Assembly (NCBI GenBank): GCA_034717975.1
Contig: JAYEMF010000049.1
Coordinates: forward strand, 1 to 18,798
Source: Campylobacterota bacterium
GTDB lineage: Bacteria > Campylobacterota > Campylobacteria > Campylobacterales > Sulfurimonadaceae
DNA length: 18,798 nt
Reading direction: 5' to 3'
The position numbers and the translations under genes were made by a program. The notes below the pieces were generated by a model. The model did no database searches and was not told where the DNA came from. It was given only the letters and a program-made list of their open reading frames with translations. Positions within the stretch are counted from its first letter, which is position 1; every line of letters starts with the position of its first letter. This document shows positions 7,335 to 17,848 of this stretch, one piece after another.

Positions 7335-8758
7335 TGTTTCTTTCCTTCCAATATCTCTTCAAGCGGGGCAATTTTACCAATATAATTACCCTGAATAAAA
7401 TTAACACCGATCGATTCGGCAACTCTCATGGCCTCTGCATCCTCGATCATCTTGACCCACGTTTTGACACCAAGTACCTGTGCACTTAGGTTAAGTCCTT
7501 TAAGGATGCCCTGGTAACCCGGCTCTTTGATCTGCTTGCCGTAGTTAACATCAAAACGTACTAGATCAACACTCAGAGCTTTAAGATAGAGCAAAGAGGT
7601 CTGAAAGATGCCCAGACGATCCAAGGCGATCAAAATCCCCATACGACGGTAGGATTGCAGCATATCGTTAAAACGTTCAATTTTGCTGAAATACTCCTGC
7701 TCGCTCAGGACAAACATAATATGCCCTTTTGCGGCACTATTGTTCGATAATAGCATCTGTGCATTATGAAAAAAATTCTGATTGCGCACCGTGGATGGAA
7801 AGAGGGTAAACGCATAGATGATAGGCGAACTGTTTTTCGAACAGAGGTCTACCAGATATTCAAGCAGCATCGTATCGAACTCTCGGGAGAGTCCCAAACG
7901 GTTGATAACAGGAATATAACTCTTTTGATGAATCAGTTTTCCACCGGAATTATAGAGTTTGACCGATGATTCTGCCATCGCCCTCTTTCCATGTTCAAGT
8001 ACTTTTTGAAACTGCATCGAAAAACGACGCTCTTTTATAGCAGCGATAACAGAGAGTTCAAGTTCTGAGGGGTTAAACTCCTCCTCCTCTTCATGATGCT
8101 CTTTATCTGCTTTACCCTGGAGCTGAAGTTCAAAAAGACGGGTGATAAGCTGATTAACGTCGGTTGTCAATGTGGTATCTACAAGCGCTCCACTGACATT
8201 GATCTCAATATCATCAAATACCTGGCTATCCATCTTGATACATAAAAGATCAAAGAGTGTTGTATACTCTTTTTTCTCACCCCTTAAGCCAATGAGAAAA
8301 TCACCCCCTTTATAGTGCCCGATAGGGAACTTCTCAATTCTCTTTTCCCGGAAAAATCTACCGATCCTGTGAGAAAAATCCAACAACACCTTGTCACCAT
8401 TCATCGTACTATAGCGCTGATTTATATCGTTCAGGTTATCGATGCTGATAAGCACAATGGTATAAGGGCCTTTCACTATCTCTTTTTTGAAAAGTGGAAG
8501 TAGATACTCCCTCGTGAAGGTATGCGTTATGGGATCTGTAATACGTTCATCAAAACCGATGTAGATCAGATAAAAGATGAAGTAGATCATCACACCCAAA
8601 ATAACAATGGCCATAATAAAGAATGAGGCAGGAATAGTATTGAAATATTCAGAGAGTCCGACGAAGATCAGAATAACACTGAGAGAAAAGATGGGAAGCC
8701 CCATGCGAAGGGCGAGTTTAAAACGCTCTTCGCGCTCTTTTGCTTCGGGGTATAGCAT
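7331..8758 (-). CDS. Membrane-anchored degenerate GGDEF-EAL domain protein
   Basis: Two N-terminal TM helices; DPITHTFTR, IDNLNDINQRY, YKGGDF (degenerate GGDEF); MQFQKV, ESSVKL, ALDRLG, IQGNY (degenerate EAL). Confidence 0.85.
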   Translation of the reverse strand: MLYPEAKEREERFKLALRMGLPIFSLSVILIFVGLSEYFNTIPASFFIMAIVILGVMIYFIFYLIYIGFDERITDPITHTFTREYLLPLFKKEIVKGPYTIVLISIDNLNDINQRYSTMNGDKVLLDFSHRIGRFFREKRIEKFPIGHYKGGDFLIGLRGEKKEYTTLFDLLCIKMDSQVFDDIEINVSGALVDTTLTTDVNQLITRLFELQLQGKADKEHHEEEEEFNPSELELSVIAAIKERRFSMQFQKVLEHGKRAMAESSVKLYNSGGKLIHQKSYIPVINRLGLSREFDTMLLEYLVDLCSKNSSPIIYAFTLFPSTVRNQNFFHNAQMLLSNNSAAKGHIMFVLSEQEYFSKIERFNDMLQSYRRMGILIALDRLGIFQTSLLYLKALSVDLVRFDVNYGKQIKEPGYQGILKGLNLSAQVLGVKTWVKMIEDAEAMRVAESIGVNFIQGNYIGKIAPLEEILEGKKQ

Positions 8759-8773
8759 CTATTTATTTAGAAC

Positions 8774-8825
8774 GCTCAACGAACAAAGTCCGCTGAGCTA
8801 CGCTAGCCGCTATGGCACTAAAGCT
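8774..8825 (-). repeat. 52-nt GTAG-hairpin repeat, copy 1
   Basis: Colinear with 14092-14143: same 9-nt loop, compensatory stem changes, 24/27 identical tail. Confidence 0.7.
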
Positions 8826-8862
8826 AGCCCTTGAAAGGACAGAGGAATATTGACAAGTGTTA

Positions 8863-11211
<2,349 letters not shown>

Positions 11212-11364
11212 TCAAAGAGAGCATTCGGGGTATCTCTTGCTTTGAAAATCTTTCTATTTTATCGAAAAGAAGCTAAAAAGGGTGTTTAATTGTGAGGAAG
11301 GCTACAGGTATGATTTAGTGATGGGAAAATTTGAAAAGATTATGCACCGAAAAGGCACATAATT

Positions 11365-12432
11365 TTAGATAACGATCGGCATGACAATGGTTTTGAAGTT
11401 TCCATCTTGTAATACAAAAGGAAGATTTGGTTCGTTTAATCCGATGCTGAATTCACTACTGGTTGTTTGACCGATAAAATCAAGGATATAACGACTGTTG
11501 ACAGCTAATACAAAGGGTGAACCATAGCCTGTCGTATGCTGAATCTCGGTTTTGGCTTCAATATTGTCATCACTGAGACTTTCAAAACGAATATGATCAC
11601 CTTCAAAGGTAAGTTTCATATCATTGGAGATAGTAGTAATCTGCTTGATGGCATCGATCATAATCTCTTTTGGAAGTATCAAAGTATTGGATATCTCTTT
11701 TGGAATAATTCTTGTATAGTCAGGGAATTTACCATTGATCAGTTTGGTAAAGAAACTGAAATTTTGTGAACGAATGATGAGATAAGTGTTATCGTAATAG
11801 ATCTCGATATCATCAAAAAAGAGTTTCTGAATTTCCACAACAGCTTTTTTAGGAACAATGAGAGAGAGTTCAGTCTCATTCTCTTTTTCGACATGAACCA
11901 GTGCCAGACGACGGGTATCGGTAGAGACAAAATTGATCATATTGTTTTGAATATCCAAAAGAGCACCGTTAAGCTCATATTTTGGATTATTGGTATCGGT
12001 TGCAGGAGTGATCTTTTTAAGTGATTCGATAAGCAGATGTGATTCGATTTCAATTTTTGATTTATCATCAAATCCTGGAAATTGCGGAAATTCATCACTG
12101 TTAAAGGTAGGAAGTTTAAAGTTTGAGTTGGCCTGCTGGATATGAACCATATTGCCCTGTGTTTCAAGTATAACATCACCCTCTTTCAAGATGCGAACAA
12201 TATCGAGCATCTTTTTACCGTTGGCAGTGATCTTTCCGCTATCAGAGATAGTTGCTTTTGTACTTTCGATAACCAGACCGACTTCATAATCAGTAGCTTT
12301 GACGATCAGTCCATTGGCTCTTGCTTCAAAATAGACATGAGAGGTGATCTGAGAGGTGTCTTTTTTTTCAAGGAAAGGTTGAACATGAACGAGGATATTT
12401 TCAAGAACCGATTTACTAATGGCGATCTTCAT
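11365..12432 (-). CDS. dnaN: DNA polymerase III beta sliding clamp
   Basis: KATDYEV, STDTRRLA, KLINGKFPDY, C-terminal IVMPIVI; lies between dnaA and gyrB. Confidence 0.97.
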   Translation of the reverse strand: MKIAISKSVLENILVHVQPFLEKKDTSQITSHVYFEARANGLIVKATDYEVGLVIESTKATISDSGKITANGKKMLDIVRILKEGDVILETQGNMVHIQQANSNFKLPTFNSDEFPQFPGFDDKSKIEIESHLLIESLKKITPATDTNNPKYELNGALLDIQNNMINFVSTDTRRLALVHVEKENETELSLIVPKKAVVEIQKLFFDDIEIYYDNTYLIIRSQNFSFFTKLINGKFPDYTRIIPKEISNTLILPKEIMIDAIKQITTISNDMKLTFEGDHIRFESLSDDNIEAKTEIQHTTGYGSPFVLAVNSRYILDFIGQTTSSEFSIGLNEPNLPFVLQDGNFKTIVMPIVI

Positions 12433-12605
12433 TTGAATTCCTATATTTATTTATAAAATTTTAGTAGTAGTAGTAGGGGGCTGTGTTTATGTGAACATCA
12501 GCGATAGATCCCTTGGCTACGAGGTTTGGCAATGTGAATAATCAGCCAAACTTTTTTCACACTTTTTCACTGCTCAAATTATATCTTTTTTTGTGAAAAC
12601 TTTTA
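12433..12605. other. oriC2: DUE, DnaA-trios and DnaA boxes (unwinding sub-origin)
   Basis: AT-only run 12442-12461, (TAG)x5 at 12462-12476, G-rich spacer. TTCAC-core boxes at 12490-12498, 12533-12541 (TTATTCACA on minus), 12553-12561, 12563-12571, 12592-12600. Confidence 0.85.
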
Positions 12606-13931
12606 TCAACTTGCCGGTGAAGCGGTAATTTTGTTAGAGAGTTCCTCGATTTTTACTTTAAAATCTTCATCATTTTTAAGGAGTTCATTGATCTTCTTCA
12701 TCGTATGGCTGATGGCGGTATGATCTTTCATTCCGAAATATTGTGCGAGTTGAGGCATAGACATAGGTGTCAGTTCTCGGGCAAGATAGATAGCAATACG
12801 ACGCGCATAGACTATATTACGGCTTCGGCTTTTTGATTTGATCTCACTTGGTTTGACATTGATATCTTTTGAAATGGTATTCATAATAAGATCAATGGTG
12901 ATGTTGTCACGCTGCTCCTGGAGCTGTTCTTTAAGTACATTTTTCACAAATTCGATGGAGATATCGACATGCATAAGTTGGGAATAGGCATGGAGCTTGG
13001 AGAGGATCCCTTCGATCTCACGTACATTGTTACTGATAATGGTGGCGATATAGTTGATCACATCGCCCTCTAGCGATACCCGGTTGATCTCACATTTTTT
13101 TCGGATAATGGCGATCTTTGTTTCAAGTTCGGGCGGCTGGATATCGGCAACCAGTCCCCATTCAAAGCGGCTCTTGAGACGATCTTCAAGCCCTGCGATC
13201 TGTTTGGGATGTTTATCGGCGGTAAGAATGATCTGTTTGCCGTCATTTCTGAGGGTTTCAAAGGTGTGAAAAAACTCCTCCTGGGTCTGGTTTTTATTGC
13301 TTAGAAACTGGACATCATCGATGAGAAGAGCGTCACATTTACGGTATTTGTCTTTGAATCGATCCATGGTCTGGTTACGCAGATGGCGGGTGAAGTCATT
13401 GACGAACTGTTCTATCGAAGTATAGATGACGCTTTTACCCTCTTGCTGAAGAACATTTCCTATCGCCTGCATAAGGTGGGTTTTCCCCAGTCCGACTCCC
13501 CCATAGATGAAAAGAGGATTGTAGATATTCCCCGCTTTTTCACTGACGCTTTTTGCAGCTGAAAATGCAAACTGATTGGAACCGCCGACGACAAAGTTTT
13601 CAAAGGTATGAGAGGGATTGAGCAGTGAGTGCTTGACTTTTTCACTGCTTTGCTGGGAAACGAGCTGAGGCTGTTGAACCTTAGGCATACGATTTTTCAC
13701 TTCGATGACAACAGTAGTCTTATTGCCAGTTTTCACTTCAAAAAGGTGGGCAAGTTTTTCAGCATATTTGCTTTTGATCCAGTTGGCGATAAGTGGATTG
13801 GGAGCAACAAAGCAGGCAATGTTGCTTCGGGAAGCTTCTGTCGAAAATGAGAGCTGTTTGATATAGCGCTTATATTCATTTTCCGTAATCTCGTCTTTAA
13901 GCATCATTAATACAGTGTCACCAATGGTCAT
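12606..13931 (-). CDS. dnaA: Chromosomal replication initiator DnaA
   Basis: NPLFIYGGVGLGKTHL, LLIDDVQF, QEEFFHTF, RLKSRF, NVREIEG, KDHTAISH. Confidence 0.98.
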   Translation of the reverse strand: MTIGDTVLMMLKDEITENEYKRYIKQLSFSTEASRSNIACFVAPNPLIANWIKSKYAEKLAHLFEVKTGNKTTVVIEVKNRMPKVQQPQLVSQQSSEKVKHSLLNPSHTFENFVVGGSNQFAFSAAKSVSEKAGNIYNPLFIYGGVGLGKTHLMQAIGNVLQQEGKSVIYTSIEQFVNDFTRHLRNQTMDRFKDKYRKCDALLIDDVQFLSNKNQTQEEFFHTFETLRNDGKQIILTADKHPKQIAGLEDRLKSRFEWGLVADIQPPELETKIAIIRKKCEINRVSLEGDVINYIATIISNNVREIEGILSKLHAYSQLMHVDISIEFVKNVLKEQLQEQRDNITIDLIMNTISKDINVKPSEIKSKSRSRNIVYARRIAIYLARELTPMSMPQLAQYFGMKDHTAISHTMKKINELLKNDEDFKVKIEELSNKITASPAS

Positions 13932-13946
13932 AATTATAATTCCTAA

Positions 13947-14076
13947 CTCAACTTTCGCATATGAAAAATGGCTGTCATTCCGGGCTTGACCCGGAATCTA
14001 GTGGTTTTTATGTTTAAGACCTTGCAGCTGTGGACCCCGGATCAAGTCCGGGGTGACGGCATGTGCGAAAGCTGAA
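13947..14076. mobile_element. ~130-bp MITE carrying two inverted REP-like palindromes
   Basis: TIRs 14/17 (CTCAACTTTCGCATATG / CATGTGCGAAAGCTGAA); flanking direct repeat (A)ATTCCTAA at 13938-13946 and 14076-14084; palindromes at 13974-13998 and 14033-14057 share the CTTGA loop. Confidence 0.8.
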
Positions 14077-14091
14077 ATTCCTAATTTATAC

Positions 14092-14143
14092 GATACTTGA
14101 ACAAAGTCCAAGTATCTACGCTAGCCGCCAAGGTACTAAAGCT
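14092..14143 (-). repeat. 52-nt GTAG-hairpin repeat, copy 2
   Basis: GATACTTG-aacaaagtc-CAAGTATC-tacgctagccgccaaggtactaaagct; matches 8774-8825. Confidence 0.7.
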
Positions 14144-14170
14144 TGACACAAAAGTGTCAGAATAATAGTA

Positions 14171-14287
14171 TTATTCACATAAAACAATATGTGAATTATA
14201 GGTGAATAGTGATGTGAATAATACATTAAAAAGCCATATTCTATGCTAAAATCGCTTGTGAAAAGAGAGAATTCACAGGGTGAATAA
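14171..14287. promoter_or_regulatory. oriC1 DnaA-box cluster with divergent dnaA and ruvC promoters
   Basis: Boxes at 14171-14179 (TTATTCACA), 14190-14198, 14201-14209, 14213-14221, 14257-14265, 14269-14277, 14279-14287. TATAAT on minus at 14195-14200; TGnTAAAAT on plus at 14244-14252. Confidence 0.8.
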
Positions 14288-14328
14288 AGGGAATCTCTTT
14301 TAGAGGTGCCCTAAAAGAGGAAGTGGTT

Positions 14329-14805
14329 GTGATTATATTGGGAATTGACCCCGGAACACGAAATTGCGGATATGCTGTAATCGAACTTTTGGGTTCAAAA
14401 TTGCGGTTGGTCGAAGCAGGTTTGATCAAGATGAAAGCTGAAGAGCTGCAGTATCAGATTCCTCAGATGGCAGAAGGACTCGAACAGATCTTTTCAGCGC
14501 ACGTGATCGATGAAGTAGCGATGGAAGATATCTTTTATGCCCACAATCCGAAAACAGTGCTTAAACTGGCTCAGTTTCGTGGGGCGATCACCCTGAAACT
14601 GCTTCAGGAGTATGGACAGTTTGCAGAGTACACACCGCTGCAGGTAAAAAAAGCATTAACAGGTAAAGCAAAAGCGGGGAAAGAACAGGTAGCGTTTATG
14701 GTAAAACGGATTTTGGGGATTAAAAAAGAGATCAAACCGCTTGATATCAGTGATGCGATGGCTGTAGCCATTACCCATTCACAGCGTGTGAAACTTCAGA
14801 AGTAG
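14329..14805 (+). CDS. ruvC: Holliday junction resolvase RuvC
   Basis: [42 protein letters not shown] 14329 fits SD GAGGA; alternative start GTG 14323. Confidence 0.96.
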   Translation: MIILGIDPGTRNCGYAVIELLGSKLRLVEAGLIKMKAEELQYQIPQMAEGLEQIFSAHVIDEVAMEDIFYAHNPKTVLKLAQFRGAITLKLLQEYGQFAEYTPLQVKKALTGKAKAGKEQVAFMVKRILGIKKEIKPLDISDAMAVAITHSQRVKLQK

Positions 14806-14806
14806 A

Positions 14807-14914
14807 CTATTCGCCTCGTTCCCCGAAAAAGCTGAAAAAAACATAGACGACACCAAAAATAATCGGTGCAAAATAGAGAATCATATAGGGATCTTCAAAA
14901 TCGATAAAATCCAT
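14807..14914 (-). CDS. 35-aa single-pass membrane small protein, not in the ORF track
   Basis: MDFIDFEDPYMILYFAPIIFGVVYVFFSFFGERGE*; SD AAGGAG 5 nt upstream; ~21-aa hydrophobic stretch; fills the gap up to the ruvC stop. Confidence 0.7.
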   Translation of the reverse strand: MDFIDFEDPYMILYFAPIIFGVVYVFFSFFGERGE

Positions 14915-14936
14915 CTTCTCTCCTTTAGAGATGCGT

Positions 14937-15284
14937 TTAAGGGAGGTTAAACGTGGTTGAACTCAGGATTATCTCATCACTGTCTTTGACAGAGACCTCC
15001 CAATCTCCCTGTGCCCTACCGTAAAAGTAGCGATAATCATAAACTGAACCATGATTTGCTTTTAAAACAATGGTACGTTCACGATCATCTTGCGGTGTCA
15101 TGGATGAGTGCCAGCTGAAAATTACATTACGATCATAATCTACACGATCTGTTATGAGCGTACACTGGATCTTTTTATGGTCATCTTTAAATATTTCACA
15201 CGTGAGTGAACTATTCTGATACTCTTCAGCCATAACAGGTAAAACAATCAATAACATCAATGTTATAAAGTTAAAATGTTTCAT
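14937..15284 (-). CDS. 115-aa secreted beta-rich hypothetical protein (DUF2914/Ig-like C-terminus suspected)
   Basis: Signal peptide MKHFNFITLMLLIVLPVMA, a Cys pair, and GDWEVSV...TTF. TATAAT lies 6 nt upstream of ATG 15284 (leaderless). Confidence 0.75.
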   Translation of the reverse strand: MKHFNFITLMLLIVLPVMAEEYQNSSLTCEIFKDDHKKIQCTLITDRVDYDRNVIFSWHSSMTPQDDRERTIVLKANHGSVYDYRYFYGRAQGDWEVSVKDSDEIILSSTTFNLP

Positions 15285-15556
15285 ACGAACATTATAGCGC
15301 GATTTTCCAAAGAGATGTTTTGAAATGACATATTGCAAGATCCTTATAAGAGTAGAGATAACAATTTTCAGCGTTCTTGCAAAGGAGATTCATGTTCATG
15401 ATGAGACGATCTACTGAGATGTCTAGGCGACCCCTCTCCTCAAAAAAATTCAATTATTTTATAATTAGAGCTTGCAGAAGTCAGCCATAAACTTATTTCC
15501 AAGATGGTTGTTATATACTAAAAAAATAGGTCCATTCCATATTGAAAGAGGAACAG

Positions 15557-16996
15557 ATGAGAGAGCATATGAGAGGGTCAATAAGATTGATCATTGGTTA
15601 TCTGGTTGTTTGTGTTTTAGCCTTGAATTTGTCGGCTGTTGAGGTCAATGATGATGGCAGGGAGTTGATCCTTCAGGCCCAGCAGGCCTATCGAAGCGAT
15701 ATGAACGAGAGGCCTGTCGTCACCGATAAAGTGATAAAAACATATATAACAGGCATTGTCCAGCGTCTAATCCCTAAACAGAAACAACTGCCTGAAGGGA
15801 CTAAACTGAGCGTGACAATCTTGGAGTCTCCTCAGCCGGAGCTCTACAGTTATGTGGATGGGCATATTGTGATGACGATGGGTATTGTATATGCCATGGA
15901 GAACGAGGCACAGTTGGCCGGAGTGATGGCACATGAAGTGGCTAATGTCGCAGAGGGCTACTATCTCAGTATGTATCAGGAGATCAAAGCTGCCGAGCGG
16001 GCTGAGCGGAGTAGGGCGGGAGCAGGTGCCCTGTTTAGTGGCCTGTTGGATATTGCCGTCGATTATGCGGTCGAACGTGAGTCGATCCGACAGACAGAGG
16101 CATGGATGTCAAACGATGCCACCTATGGAACCACAATGAAAAAGATGGCGGCAACTCATGCTGCCCAGTCGGCCTATTATGAGATAAAAGATGTCGTTGA
16201 TAGCATTCCGGCCAAAGATGCCGACGGGAACTGGCTTGACCCGCGTCTGCGATTTGAACCGGTAGCCGATGCGCAGGGGATGGAGTATACGGCGCTTGCG
16301 GGGTATGATGTGGAAGAAACGGCTAAGGGGTGGCAGCATCTCTACCGCGTTAAAAGTGACCTTATCAAAAAGAAAGAGGCCGGAATGGGTGAATTTGCCG
16401 CTCAGCTGCGTCAGACACAGGCATTGATGGAGATTCATACGTATCGCATGCGTCAGTCGCTGGGAGCAAGCGGATTGGTCCAGACTCGAAGTGATATTCC
16501 GCCGACACGTGCCGAGTTTGCAAAGAGTCTGGTAAATCTCAAAGAGGTGAAAACAGCACAAAAGGTACATAAACCTTCCAAATATCGTAAACCGTATATG
16601 GCATTTTTGCACTCATCACTGTTTCCAAGAGCGGAAAAACTGATGAAAGAGGAAAATTATGAAAAGGCCTATATCGCTTATGAGGCATTGTGGAGCAGAG
16701 GCATTCATACTGCACCGGTTGCCTATGGCCTGGCAAAATGCCAATTGGGAGATTTTGCTTTCGGCGCCAGCGAATCAGAAAAAGAGTCAGCGGAAAAAGC
16801 GTACGAGGATGCTATTAAACTTGATTCGAAGTATGCATTGCCGTACAAAGGACTGGGCGAACTCTACGGGGACTGGGAGCGTTACGGCGATGCGGCAAAG
16901 GCCTATAAGAGCTACGTGAAACTGGCACCAAAGGCGAAGGATCGTAAACGGATAGAGCGTAAAATCAAAGTGATGGAAAGAAAGGCTGAAAGATGA
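15557..16996 (+). CDS. Secreted M48-peptidase-fold protein with C-terminal TPR; Zn motif altered (HEVAN)
   Basis: Signal peptide, DGHIVMTMG, ENEAQLAGVMAHEVAN, EPVADAQG..AGYD, TPR-like AYEDAIKLD...YKGLGELY...YVKLAP. Start uncertain (15557 or 15569). Confidence 0.8.
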   Translation: MREHMRGSIRLIIGYLVVCVLALNLSAVEVNDDGRELILQAQQAYRSDMNERPVVTDKVIKTYITGIVQRLIPKQKQLPEGTKLSVTILESPQPELYSYVDGHIVMTMGIVYAMENEAQLAGVMAHEVANVAEGYYLSMYQEIKAAERAERSRAGAGALFSGLLDIAVDYAVERESIRQTEAWMSNDATYGTTMKKMAATHAAQSAYYEIKDVVDSIPAKDADGNWLDPRLRFEPVADAQGMEYTALAGYDVEETAKGWQHLYRVKSDLIKKKEAGMGEFAAQLRQTQALMEIHTYRMRQSLGASGLVQTRSDIPPTRAEFAKSLVNLKEVKTAQKVHKPSKYRKPYMAFLHSSLFPRAEKLMKEENYEKAYIAYEALWSRGIHTAPVAYGLAKCQLGDFAFGASESEKESAEKAYEDAIKLDSKYALPYKGLGELYGDWERYGDAAKAYKSYVKLAPKAKDRKRIERKIKVMERKAER

Positions 16997-17832
16997 AAAA
17001 AAGTATTAAAATTTTTGCAGGTGCAATGGCTCTCTTAATGGTGGTATCACCTCTTTTAGCCGGTGGAGCAAAACTGCAATATAAACTGAAACCGGGACAG
17101 GAGTGGGTCTGTACGCAGACTTCACAAAATGAAATAATTTTTATGGGGCAAAAGCAGGTTAGCCGCAATAAACAGATAATTATATACAAGGTCTCCAAGG
17201 GGGTAAAAAAGGGGTGGTTTTCAGTAACTGCACGTCTGAAAGCATCCAAAAAAAATGAAAATAGTATGTTTGATATAAGCCGTATGACATTCAAAGCCGA
17301 TATGCACAGCAGCGGCGAGATCCGCAATAACAGTTTCTCCGGCAACCCGATGCTGCAGACGGAAGCCCAGACTGAACAGATGCCTCCCGAGATGCAGGAG
17401 ATGATGGCCAAGCAGGGAGATACGATGGGTGAAATGATGCAATATACCATATTTTGGTTTCCTGAAGTACCTGAAGAGACCCTTCAGATCGGTGATGAGT
17501 TTGAAGTAGAGCGTAATCTGGGCACGAGTGGTATGGGCATGCAGATGCAAAGCGTTGTCAAGCAGGTGTTTACTCTTGAAGAGGTGCGAAAAGGACTGGC
17601 CTATTTTTCAGTCAAACAGCGTTCTATTGCGAAAACAAAAGGTGGTATGGGTGGTAAATCGGAGATTAAGACAGTAGGTAAAGGTGAGGCCGTCTTTGAT
17701 CTGAATGAAGGAATGTGGCTTGACCTGACAGAGAAATCACGTTCGAAGGCCAAGATGGGCGGCATACCGGGTATGGGTGACTCCTCTTCTGAGATGTTAA
17801 TGATGAACAAGAGTGAGATGGAGCTGAAATAA
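16993..17832 (+). CDS. Secreted beta-rich hypothetical protein (DUF6263-like suspected)
   Basis: Signal peptide, LQYKLKPGQ, FPEVPEETLQIGDEF, GEAVFDLNEG; ATGA overlap with the upstream gene. Confidence 0.75.
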   Translation: MKKSIKIFAGAMALLMVVSPLLAGGAKLQYKLKPGQEWVCTQTSQNEIIFMGQKQVSRNKQIIIYKVSKGVKKGWFSVTARLKASKKNENSMFDISRMTFKADMHSSGEIRNNSFSGNPMLQTEAQTEQMPPEMQEMMAKQGDTMGEMMQYTIFWFPEVPEETLQIGDEFEVERNLGTSGMGMQMQSVVKQVFTLEEVRKGLAYFSVKQRSIAKTKGGMGGKSEIKTVGKGEAVFDLNEGMWLDLTEKSRSKAKMGGIPGMGDSSSEMLMMNKSEMELK

Positions 17833-17848
17833 AAACAGGACATGGTTG

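Noticed and set aside
12462..12476. (TAG)5 as a microsatellite or contingency locus
   Set aside because: Position between DnaA boxes and the AT-rich tract identifies it as DnaA-trios.
15392..15490. 32-aa ORF (MFMMRRSTEM...) after AAGGAG
   Set aside because: Short SD spacing, no protein-like features, and it lies in a divergent promoter region; insufficient support.
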